Shown piece after piece: positions 11,331-22,391 of a DNA stretch of 29,794 nt. The translations under genes and the position numbers were made by a program. The stretch lies in NCBI GenBank assembly GCA_040437565.1, contig JBDOQK010000028.1, positions 372,001-401,794 on the forward strand, written 5' to 3'. Numbering within the stretch: the stretch's first letter is position 1; the number at the start of each line of letters is the position of its first letter. The DNA is from Albugo candida (taxonomy: Eukaryota). A model generated the notes under the pieces. The model ran no database searches. It saw nothing but the letters and a program-made list of their open reading frames with translations, and was not told the DNA's origin.

Positions 11331-12423
11331 AAATACTTGCTCACCTCTGTTCAAGTAGCAAGCTCGAGACCATGAACGAATAACAACAAAAAAGCAGCAT
11401 TTTGAAAGAAAACACTAGTCGTTTCGGTGAAGTCATAATCTTTCTCTTCCTATCTTTTCTGTACTAATTCAGCTTTTTTGCTGAATCTGAAGCGTTTGAT
11501 GTCGCAAAAATGATCTTTTGTCTTATTTCAGAAGCGATCAATTTCCTCCAGCTAAAAGAGCAGTGGTGTAGCATCCATATAATCGTGAGCACACATAAGC
11601 TCAATGAAAATGTGACTAATCATAACAGAGGTGGCTTCATAAACAAAAAAGCCTATGTCACAGCAAGCCAAGTCGTCTAATGCAGTAGCGAACATCATTC
11701 ATTCATTTAAGCGGCAATATTACAAATACAAGAACGGACGCATCAAAAGTAGCTTGAATATTTTTTCAAAAAATGTTTCTTTTAGCGAAAAGTCGAAGAA
11801 TCTGTCTGAACGACTCGACTGGTATACAATCAAAAGAATTAAATCAACCTGTATAGCACAGGAGCATGTACCAAATCCAGCAACTAGGAGAGATGTACCA
11901 CGTCAAAGTATTGTTTCAATCAAAAAGCCTTCAGCCTAGCCGAGAAAGAAAATTTGTCTCAGACTCCTCGAAGCAGACATACTGATCAATCACTTCAGAT
12001 TGTGGCTGTATAAGAACATGATCTTGGTTAAGATGCCATCTAAAAATCGGAGACGAGTGCAAGCATGGTGTATGATGCTGTGAGGAAGCCTTCATGATTG
12101 ATAAAAACATTCAGCACTGCTGGATGGCTTGTACAGTGCCAAGAGTATGTGAAGAGCAGCACATGACGGCCTATCGAGGTGTTTCTCCTATCCTGCATTA
12201 AAGATTGCTCGAGTTATTATACACTCGAATGACAATGATTAGAAAGAGTAGGAGGTGTTGTATCCTTAAAGTGATAAGTGTCGTGTACAAGTTACGGTCA
12301 TTGTCAAAAGTGTGTGAGAAGGCGCTGTTGGAATTGGCCATCTGGGCGACTATTCGTGTAATTTGTGACAGATGGCGCCGACTGACGGATGTGTCACTTT
12401 TGCATGGATTATGAGTGCGGCTG

Positions 12424-12651
12424 TGTAACGCCGGAAGGAGGAAGCAGAGGAAGATAATTGTTGGCGGAGCTGTATTTTATACCTGGTTCATGAGAGTGAA
12501 GTGTAGAAGCGATCAATAACTAGTAGTGCATACGAGTTGAACAAACTAGATCAGTATTGAATTAAGGAATCCTGGTTCACCTATCTGATTGGCTAATCCA
12601 GTTCTCCAACTATGTAGAGCTATGCATGCATGTACAACGGAGGTTGTTACA
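12424..12651 (-). repeat. Gypsy 3' LTR (228 bp)
   Basis: TGTAAC...GTTACA termini; PPT GGGGGGA immediately internal (12652-12658). Confidence 0.93.
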
Positions 12652-15600
12652 TCCCCCCGGAATTGACATCTCGTTGTCGCTTCTTGAAATCGGCGATGAG
12701 AACATTCCAATGAGAAATATGACGAATATCTTGTGCCGCTCCCATATAGCTTCGTGCTCGAGTAATCAATGCCACTTCACGAGCCATTCAGGTTTACGCT
12801 TAAATTGACGCTTCTGAAAATGCTGTTCTATGATGTGCATCGTGTCGCCACTGTCCTCTTCGAAATAGGTTGGGATGATTTCGAAATCGGACGAGTTTGA
12901 AATCGCGGTAGATTTCCCACATAGTGACTCAGCACATCAATATCGAAAGTAGAGTTCAATCGACTCATACTCCGAGGAAGCTTCAATTGCGCAACATTCG
13001 AGTCGACCATTTTTACAATTTGAAATGGTCCAACTTTGCAAGAAGCTATTTTGGCGCGTTTTCCATCAATGCCTTGTGTCAAATGTTTCGCAGGTATGCA
13101 ACGAGTATCCAACATGATCAAATCTCCAATTTTGTAAGTAATATCGGTGCGTTTTCTGTCGTAGCACTTCTTTTGACGATCCTGAGCTTGAAGTAAATGT
13201 TTCGTGGTTAGATCAATGATTTCTTGACGACGGCTTTGGAAATGTTTTGCACACTCAGCGATTGCACGTTGCACCTGAGTTGTGACGCAAGGAGTACTTA
13301 GCGAATTCAACGGATTGCGTTCTTTGCGACCAGTATCAATTCGAAAGGTGACATACCAGTTGATGCACTGACTAGCGTGGAATGAGTATATTTAATTGTC
13401 CCTAAATAATCGGACCAATCACGTCCATGATACGAAATCATACAGCATAGAGAGTCTTCCAAAATCAGATTTTGACGGTCTGTTTGTCCGTCGGCTTGTG
13501 ACCGATATGAAGTTGTCATATGCAGAAGAATTCCCATCAGCTTGGCAAGAGCGAATTAAAACTTCAAAACAAACTTGGAATCTCGATCGCTGATAATAAT
13601 CGATGGTAGAACATGATGATAAACGACACAATCAAAGAAATGACACGCTGTAATATGGGCATCATCATTGCGATTGCACGCTCTATATTTTGACCGTTTG
13701 GACAGTTTGTCGACAACTGTCATGATAGCATCGAATCTGTTTGATTTTGGTAATCCCGTAATGAAATCCATAGAGATAACTGACCAGAATTTTTCCGGAA
13801 TTGGGAACAGAATCATTTATCCATTCTTGCGAGCGTTCCTGTATTTCCAGCAAGGGCATGTTTCACAACTCCGTACGTAATATCGAACGTCTTGATTAAT
13901 TGTAGGCCAACGGTACCATTGAGCGATGCGTAAAAATGTTCGTTGAGCACCAGGATGTGCGGCAATGTTGGAGTAATGAAAGCATGCGATGATTGAAGTT
14001 AGCAGATAATTATCTTTTCTGTTCGGTACACACACACGCATCATCATTTGTGACTTGAATTAAAGCAAAATATATCCATTGGCAAATTCCTTGTAAACCG
14101 AATTGTACGAACCAAGCGAGCTCCAATTCTGAGATTCTTGTGTCACATTAACAGCCACGGATGAAGGCTCGGTTGCGCTTATAGAACGAGACGTACTTGA
14201 TTTTTCAAGTATATTGCCATTAGTAAGCTTCAAATCATCAACATTAAAGTCGCTGATAGAATCCTCCCTCTCGAGTATATGAAAGTGTGAGGATGAACCT
14301 GCGCAATTATGAACATCGAACTGTTGATTAGACACGACACCGTTGGCAATTCGGAACCTTGACGTGATAAAGCATCGGCTACCACATTAAAATGACCTTG
14401 AAAGTGATGCAGCTTGAATGTAAACTGCGAAAAGAATGTCAAATATCGAGCCAGCTTTGGCGAAACTTTCGGACGATGAAGAAACCATTGCATGCCGTGG
14501 TGTCTGTGTAGATGTCAGCTTCACGACCATAAAGATAATGACGCCACTTTTCCAATGCAAGCTTGATTGCAAAAAGTTCCTTTTCATGTGTCGGCCAATT
14601 AAGATCATGAATCCTCCATCTTCTTGGAAAAGAATGCAATGGGATGATAGCAACCAGAATGAAGCTAAGAAAGAGCACCACCAATACGATATCCAGAGGG
14701 GTCCGTTGTCACAATGAAACTATATTAGGCTGAAAGCACCGTATCCCGTCTGCTTTGCGTAGTTAAGCAGCCTCAAGCTCGGGTAGTACTCGGGTGGGTG
14801 ACCACCGGGGAAGTCCGAGTGCTGTCAACTCATTTTGACTTCAACGTCCTGAAGAGCGGCCTTGAGTTGCTCAAACGCATGAGTCTGGACATCCTTCCAT
14901 TCCCAAACATGTTTGTTCTTGACTAGAGGGCCAAGTGGTAACGCTAGAGTTGCGTAGTCACGAATGAACCGACGATAGTAACCAGCCACACCAAAAAATT
15001 AATAGTTGTTTCTGATTTGTAAGAGTCGGCCATGTCGCAATAGCTTCTGTCTTTCGAGTATTCACTCTAGTTCCTGAGCCGAAATGGTATGACCAAAAAA
15101 ATTCACTTCTGACTGGCCAAAACGACATTTGGACTGATGGCAGACTAACTTCTCACGCCGAAGAATTCCAAACAGAATTCGAAGAAGGTCAACATGTTCT
15201 TCCAGACTAGGGGGAACACAAAAACGTCATCTATATAGACAACAGTGAATTTGTATCTCGCAAAAAGTACTCGCATAAGACGAGACCAAAAATCAGGAAT
15301 ACCAGACAGTCCCATAGGAGCCACACACGACTGATAAGTTCTCGCATGTGTGCGAAAGGCGGTATAGTTGCGGCTTTTGAATGCGATCCGCGTTTGATGA
15401 TAGCCTTCGGCCAGATCTAGAACTGAAAAGATGACACAACCACACATCTGATAAGAAAGTTCGTCGATGGGAGGAAGTGGTATCTTCGGAATAATCGTCT
15501 AAAAATTGACCTACCGGTAATCAATAAACCATCGAAGAGGTAGATGCGCATTGTCAGAGCGTACCCATTCGGATCGTGATATGTTTTGCTAAGTAATAGG

Positions 15601-17280
15601 ATCCTTTTTAGATATATCATATATATTCGAAACCCGTGGAGAGTCTGAAACTTCGATTCAACCTTTCCTGAGCTTTTCCGCAACAAACATGTCAAGTGCA
15701 TCTTGTTGACCTTGGATAGGCGAAACGGGGCACAGTTGCTAGGTATAGAATCTGGTCTGATATAAAGATCAAAGCCAACACGACGTTCAGGTGGAAGTTC
15801 ATCAGGAAGTGTCTCTGGAAAGACATATTTATACTACTTCAAGAGCGTAGTAATTGATCGAGGTACCGTATCACCCTCCGTCATCAAAGCGCAGACCTTT
15901 ACGCGATAGACTTCATCGTATTCCCGATTCTTGACTTTGCGTTCAAATTTCACTGCAGCAATTTCCACATCAGTTTCACTACTTGTACCCGTACTAGTTT
16001 GTGTCGAAGGCAACCGCTGATGCGGAAATGAAATTACATGCAAACGCCAATCAAGCTGCGGTTGGCACTTGATAAACTACGGTTTGCCCAAGGTGACATC
16101 ATGAGAAGAGCCCAACGGCCATTCCATGATTTGCAAATTGCGAAATTTAAAGCGATCAAATATGATAGTTGCAACACCCTTTTTGATGGAGCGAGTTTTT
16201 GTAGAAGTTTCATCAAATCTTGTAACTTGGGAACCACCAGAGTGTGGCATTTTTTTCACCAAGCCGGGACGGACGACATTACAGGTTGCACCGCTATCAA
16301 ACATAATAGTGACAGGTGTTCCATCACAAGTTCCTTGTTTACGAATAAGTTCGTTCTCTGGATGCACCGGATCCTTCTATCTCGACAATATCCACTTCGT
16401 TCCCGAAACTTGTAATAGAAGGTAACGAGTACGTCGCTCTTGGAGACGTGGGAGCATTGAAGCTTACAGATGATTGTTCATGTCGAGTACCGTAAGATTG
16501 CTTCTTTTCATTCTTGAGCTTGTAACATTGCTCGATAACATGACCGGTTTCTTACAGTAGCAGCATTTCTCGACGAAGAAGTTGATGGTGAGGAGCGACG
16601 ATGTTTTGGGTATCCTGAATCGATCTTCACTAGTTCTGGTATATTCTCCTGCGTGACCGGTGATGCAGATGGTGATGATGATAATGCTGATTAGAATTTG
16701 CACGTGATCGTTCCTGCGTGTATACTGGTGGACGGTAATTCGTCCCCCGGACACGATGAGATCGATCTTACTCCAACGCAATCTTCATGGCCTGTGAAGC
16801 CGTAGCACACCAGCGATATTGAACTTGTTCACGTATGGGACTTACTCGTCCTCGTGTAAAGTAAGTAATCCTATCCAAGTCGCTCATGTCCGTAACTTGC
16901 ATTATAGCGTCACGGAAACGGAAAACGGGAAATATAGATTTCGAAGTTCGGATTGCTCTTCTGTTTGAGTGCGTATAATTGATCACGCAAGCATTCTTGC
17001 AGATCGGGGATACAAATTTATCATTTACTTGAACGATGAGGTCTTGCATGTCTTCGATAAATGGCTTCTTCAATTTGCACCAAGCTGCGGAATTTCCATT
17101 GAAATTGGCGGTCGTGATTGCAAAAATTCGAGCACTTTGATTGACATCGCGCCAGTCGATATTCTTTGCTTCGAAGTACTGAGCCAGTTGATCAAAGTAC
17201 AGATTGATGGATTCGCCCATTTTACCATCAAATTGAGGTAAGCTGATCCCTTCACTTTTATTTCACGCTTGGTCATAGCT
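12652..17280 (-). pseudogene. Gypsy gag-pol, fragmented by many stops and frameshifts
   Basis: ORF fragments 16768-17220, 16077-16367, 15145-15447, 14439-14684, 14230-14493, 13817-14047, 13556-13816, 13307-13537 and 12828-13310. The chromodomain is MHIIEQHFQKRQFKRKPEWLVKWH*LLEHEAIWE (~12735-12840). Confidence 0.92.
14722..14829 (+). rRNA. 5S rRNA: 5S rRNA copy lacking ~10 nt at the 5' end (probable pseudogene), followed by tcatttt
   Basis: ATATTAGGCTGAAAGCACCGTATCCCGTCTGCTTTGCGTAGTTAAGCAGCCTCAAGCTCGGGTAGTACTCGGGTGGGTGACCACCGGGGAAGTCCGAGTGCTGTCAAC closely matches oomycete 5S as I recall it. Box A (AGTTAAGC) and box C region are intact. The 5' strand of helix I (complement of GCTGTCAAC) is absent. 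Confidence 0.93.
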
Positions 17281-17521
17281 TCAAGGAATTGCTGCTGTTA
17301 TTCGACCAATTCGATCAATGTTTTCGTGGTGTCGTCGGGGGACCATCCTTGGGAGTTCAATGACGTCATGATAACCCAAAAACAAAAAAAAGTCCGACCA
17401 AATAGAGCCAGAGCAAACGACAAACACTCGTCGAGCGGCTTTCCCAATGTCGTGACGCTAAACAGCGCGTAAGAAAAACTCCTTCCGGACGACCAACTAC
17501 CAATGAGTTATGGGACCAGCA

Positions 17522-17531
17522 GCTGCTACCA
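17522..17531 (-). promoter_or_regulatory. Gypsy primer-binding site TGGTAGCAGC (tRNA-iMet 3' end)
   Basis: 2 nt after the LTR end; TGGTAGCAG is the complement of the initiator tRNA 3' end CTGCTACCA. Confidence 0.8.
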
Positions 17532-17533
17532 GT

Positions 17534-17704
17534 TGTAACGCCGGCAGGATGAAGCACACGAAAATAATTGTTGGCGGAGCTGTATTTGATAAAAATGGAA
17601 AGTGAGATTTTTCATTAAAGAATTCTGGTTGACCCATCTGATTGGTTAATCCAGTTCTCCAGCTATATAGAACTATGCATGCATGTACAATAGAGGTTGT
17701 TACA
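17534..17704 (-). repeat. Gypsy 5' LTR (171 bp)
   Basis: Homologous to 12424-12651 with a shorter, replaced middle segment; followed on the minus strand by AC-TGGTAGCAG. Confidence 0.93.
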
Positions 17705-17926
17705 GGCTGTTATTGATGTCACTTTAGTATGGTGTATACAGAACGATTGCGTATGAGAAAAGGAGTTGAAAAGATATTGGAGAGGTTGAAAGGTTGCTAG
17801 TTTACAATATGATAATCAGTATCAAATTTTCCTCTTGTGGTTAATCCGATTCCTTGTCTGCCAATAGGCAACATCATCACTTGAGTGACGAATCTGTTTC
17901 GAACAGATTCGTAACAAGAGGAAACT

Positions 17927-18967
17927 ACGCGTCCGAACAGTCTCGCGACGCGAGGAAGTTTTCCAGGCTTTTTATTGTCTATTAGGGGATATACAAAGGG
18001 GGTGTACATATAGCAGTGGCCATGTTTTATATATTTTAATAGCCACCCCTCCCCTAAAATCAAATATGAGTCTATTATACCTTGTGATGTTTTGGTTCGT
18101 TTGTGTGTTGAGTTCGGCGTTACAGTTTTGGTAAAGGGAGATGCGTTGACAAAAATTCCGATAGACGTATAATCAAATTAATAAAATGCTATGACTGCTG
18201 AATCTTTTCGATCGTTGATTTACTGAATTGTTTGAAAGGGTGTAATGAATGGGGAAGTTTATCACAAAAATGAGAGTGACGGATAAAATTCTCTATAGCC
18301 TGTACACTCCTAATTCCCACCTGCTCATACCTAGTTACTCATTTTCATTTTAAAGCTCCCAGCTGGACCAACATTTCCGCGCGGAATTCTAGGACAAGCG
18401 GGACATCGTCGGCGGAATCGCTGTGATTTCAGTAGCCTGAAGATAACCTGGTAAGAAGAAATCATACACGTATCGCTGTGGCTTACCTCAACGCCCATTT
18501 CTTGCACTTTTGCATTTCTTTTTCTATTGGTAATTGTCATGTCAGTTAGACAGTATCGAAGGGATCTTAATTCAAACCCGCATGCATGATGCTGTTGACT
18601 TACAACATCGCGCACTATAAAACAGCACGGTCGTTCAATGACGCCATAGCGAGGGACAGTCACCCGTGGTTGAACTATTTCAATGTCGCGTGAACCACAA
18701 ATCGACCATATTCCAATAGAAAGACATTAAGTGGGAGAAGAGGCCGTGGTCATGTAGCCCATATGTGCTATATAGGGTAAGGGGTTTTACGATGTCCCGC
18801 GCAATATTATGTAATCTANNNNNNNNNNNNNNNNNNNNNNNNNNNNNNNNNNNNNNNNNNNNNNNNNNNNNNNNNNNNNNNNNNNNNNNNNNNNNNNNNN
18901 NNNNNNNNNNNNNNNNNNGGGGGGGGGGTGGTGGTGGTTGGGTATCCGGATAGCAGCTCCCATAATT
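17927..18967 (+). repeat. Copy 2 of the G-rich dispersed repeat, inverted relative to copy 1, with ~0.9 kb (including a gap) between blocks B and C
   Basis: acgcgtccgaacagtctcgcgacgcgaggaag...ctatta; gggggtgtacatatagcagtgg; tccggatagcagctcc. Confidence 0.7.
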
Positions 18968-19209
18968 TAATATATCTATCAACTGTAGAAAAATTTGAGA
19001 AGATATTTTCGAGGTACGATTTCGATGTGTGCGCGCTATCAATTAGAAACCGCACAAAAGATTGCACATAAAGCCTTGTTGTTTGGTGGGTATATTGGGC
19101 CTCCTGAGCAACTTTCTTATGTTTTTTTCTCTCCGATCTTACACTTGCTACGACTTTTCACGAGATTTTCAACTCACCGTCTCCGTATTAAGTAGATGCG
19201 ATTTTCAAC

Positions 19210-21720
19210 TAGCCCTACTACAACGTTAGTCCATCACTTTGGATAGGTGCAATTTGGTCATACCGATCATTGAACTCAATCTTTCGAGTCTTCCACTGGC
19301 TAAATGTACTGCTCATCATATCAGATGGATCGAAATCAGTCTTGACTTGACAATACTCCACATTCCTTTTGCCACTTGGTCTCGAATGTAATGATAGCGA
19401 AGTTAAATGTGTCATGCTTTACAGCTGTATGTAGGGTTCGTTGCCATAACATGGCCCGCTTCATTGTCAACCCCGTATGGAAAAGAGGCTTGAGGTGTGA
19501 GAAAGCTTGCAATAAAAAATTTTGAAGCCGCTTTCCTTCCATTTGAGCTTTGCATGCCGCGACATAGTTAACCTCTTCAGTTGACTGGGCAACAATGCTC
19601 TGGCGTCTGCAAGCCCATGATATTGCACCTCCACAAGGCATTGCACGAAACCGGTAACTCTTTTCGTACTTCGGGGTCATTTCCCCAGTCAGAGTCGAAG
19701 TACCTGCTGACAGTCAAAACTGACTCTTGAACTTCTGCCATGTTTCGAGAGTATATAATTCCTTGTATCTTCGTGTCAATCAGGTATCTAAGAGCTCTTT
19801 TGTAGAGCCGATAATCTGCCGCGTAGGATTTTGCACGTAGCGACTCAGTTGTCCAACGGGATATGCGGGGTCAGGTCTGGTATACGTTGCGAGGTACATC
19901 AACGACCCGAAGAGACATCGGTATAGAATAGTCTTTCCATCTAAGGATATTTCCCCCCTTTCTTTCATATCTGTGTCCACCACAGTCAAATGTGTCTTGG
20001 TCTACATCGGAATTCTACTTGGGTGGTCATCACCAAAATTAAAGCGCTCAATAAGTTCCTAGCAATATTTTGTCTGGGTGGATCCTGGGAGATTGTTTAT
20101 CTGTTCCACCTGCACACCCAAGTACGTGTTTAATAGACCTTGGTCTTTCAACCCATGAAACTTGTCCAGAAGATCAAGTATTTTGATCTTGAAGTCAAGA
20201 GTTTTGGTTGCGCATAAATGTCGTCCACATAGAGAAGTAAAATAGGAAATTAGCCATTATGATCGTAGAAGTAGAGACACGATTCTGTCTCAAATTGCAT
20301 AGATCCATAGTCAATAAACAGCGATGCACTTCGGTGTTCCACTGGGTAGTTGATGTAGAACAAACCCGAGTAGCACTCCCTTCCAAATTGACGTAATCCA
20401 GAAAGTGATTTGTCAATGATGTAAATCATATCTTCTCTTGTGCAAGGATATCCCTAAACTTTCTTCCAGGAATTGGCCGATGTTCATAGAGGCATTGAGG
20501 TAGGCGATATTGATGTCAGTATGATAGATTTTGAGATCCTGTACACACCGCAATAAACATCCTGAACGTGGCCATGCGTACCACAGGGGAGAAAGTACCC
20601 TTAAAATGTATACGAGGCCTCTGCTTGGTATTCCTCGCCACAACTCATGCCTTCAACCTCACCAAGTAGCCTAAGTGATCTGTCTTCAGGATCGAAGACC
20701 CATATCAATCTGATTGTTTGTTTCCCACTTAAGATATCCGAAAGCGACTAATCTCTCTTAGCACTTTTTGGCTTTGAAGAAGCCATATTGGTACCCATTG
20801 CATTGCGCCACAATTTTGCGTGTTTTTCTATCGCATACCTTGGTGATATTCTTTAGGGATTTGATGTCCTTTTCGTGCAATTTGTGCCGCCCACGACGAT
20901 GCATGTTTGATGTTTTGAATGTTGAATACGATTTGTAATGCTCTAACCCTATAAGTTCATTTGGTGCTCCATTTTTAAACGGCAGTGAATGCCGCAACCT
21001 AGCAGCTCTCAGTAGGTTCGAATTTATTGTGGCGCGCTTTCTTTTGTGCATTCGGCAAAATTCGACCCCGCTTGAGCGTCGATGTTCGATTGATTGATTG
21101 GAGGGGATTTCTATTTGTTGGAAGGACTTGATGATGTGCTTTAGGTTTCTAGTCGCACTTGGTACTTAGTCTAAGCGATTGCTTAGGATTTCAATTTTTT
21201 GAAGATAAAATCTCAGATTTCGGCAATTTTCCTGAAACGCGACCATCTTCGATCACCTGCCAACGCTGTTTGCTACTTGGTAACGGTCCGTTGCAAGTTT
21301 CCGTTCGTTCTTTGAGTTGATAAAGTAGTCGTATTTGTGCTCATTGTCACGCGACTTATCTACGATTTTGTCCACTGTAGCCATATCGGTGACGTGACCG
21401 GCTGACTAGGCATCCCAATCTTCGAGATCACTACTATTGTCAAAAACGTTTTTGGCCTCTTCATTCCAATCTGAGCTTGAATCAGCTTGGGTATCCTGTT
21501 CAGCCTGTTCATCATTTGCAGGAAGAGCGGCCGCATCTCCACGAAATTTCACCTTTAGCTTTCCTGCGTATAGTTGAAGTTACTGGTAACAATTACGGCA
21601 CTGATGCTTAGTTTGTCTTCGCAAACGAGTTTCTAAACTCAATATGTATTTTTTTTTGACAATTTGCTGTCATCAAGAGCTTACCAACCATCAGTATGAT
21701 GCTAATACGGCGTTTCGTCA
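19210..21720 (-). mobile_element. Decayed Ty1/Copia fragment (integrase C-terminus, RT, RNase H); 5' end truncated
   Basis: IYHTDINIAYLNA, YRCLFGSLMYLATYTRPD, GGAISWACRRQSIVAQSTEEVNY motifs. Confidence 0.88.
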
Positions 21721-21739
21721 TGATCACCTGAAAGAAGAT

Positions 21740-22153
21740 GTGTTCATCTGTTCACCTCAGAATGTTGAAGGTAAGCCAAAATAAATTTTCAAGCTCAATC
21801 GAAATCTTAATGGACTATTCTCTCAGATGGGGTTTACGAAGTGTCAATCAGACTCATGTACGTTTGCGCGTAAAGATTTCAAGTCATGAGTTTATATCAC
21901 ATTGTATGTCGATGATATAATGATAGGAGCCAAAAATAGCGACTCGATCAAGGAAGTTGCAAACAAATTCTCGAAGTCACTTCAGTCTGAAGATTCTAGA
22001 AAAGGTGCAATTTATTCGTTTAGTATTGAAGTGGAAGATAAACAAGAGTTGCGGCAGTTAAACTCCAGTCAAGGAGCCTGAATTCAGAGAATGGTAGAGA
22101 ACTCAACCAATTCAACGCGAACTCAGTGTATACTTCAAATGTTACGACCGTTT
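21740..22153 (+). mobile_element. Plus-strand Copia RT, N-terminal part (host of a nested insertion)
   Basis: GLFSQMGFTKCQSDSCTF...YITLYVDDIMIGA...IQRMVE. Confidence 0.85.
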
Positions 22154-22391
22154 GGATGGAGCGTGTGTCAAAGGAAGAAAATACATCAACGTTAAGATGA
22201 CTAGTTCACTATTTGCTAATCTAAAGCTTATTCCAAATTTTCATGAAGTAACGTTGCCAGCATTACTTACATTAGTTACATGACTCACATTTGTAATTTT
22301 TGTGAGCCATCATCTAAAACTTCCCTGAATGTTCTCAGAGAATTCTCTGAATTTGGTGCGTCTACATGAGCGAGGATTGTTTTGTGCAACA
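22154..22391 (-). repeat. Copia 3' LTR
   Basis: Starts TGTTG on the minus strand after the PPT; aligns with 28010-28252; left end approximate. Confidence 0.8.

Larger units (their letters stand above)
12424..17704 (-). mobile_element. Full-length but decayed Ty3/Gypsy LTR retrotransposon with chromodomain (chromovirus-like)
   Basis: Paired TGTAAC...GTTACA LTRs, 5-bp TSD GGCTG (12419-12423 and 17705-17709), PBS and PPT. Order is gag (CCHC knuckle ~16525-16565), PR (MFDSGAT), RT (YIDD), RNase H (FIVTTD, HEKELFAI, NVVADALSR), IN (HPG..RT..C..C; ISMDFI; DRD; DGQT; GPF), chromodomain. Confidence 0.96.

Noticed and set aside
14722-14836. Cassandra TRIM or SINE3 element
   Set aside because: The 5S is not inside an LTR pair and has no SINE body, tail or TSD
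17828-17924. Hammerhead ribozyme or tRNA reading of the multibranch fold
   Set aside because: Minus strand has GTGATGA/GGAA rather than CTGATGA/GAAA and stem II breaks on that strand; arm lengths do not fit tRNA
18331-18663. 110-aa ORF as a host gene
   Set aside because: Non-ATG start, no recognisable domain, lies inside a repeat-bounded segment
18919-18942. G-run as a functional G-quadruplex or telomeric seed
   Set aside because: Abuts a gap so sequence is unreliable; not a telomere repeat; probably part of block C's G-rich end
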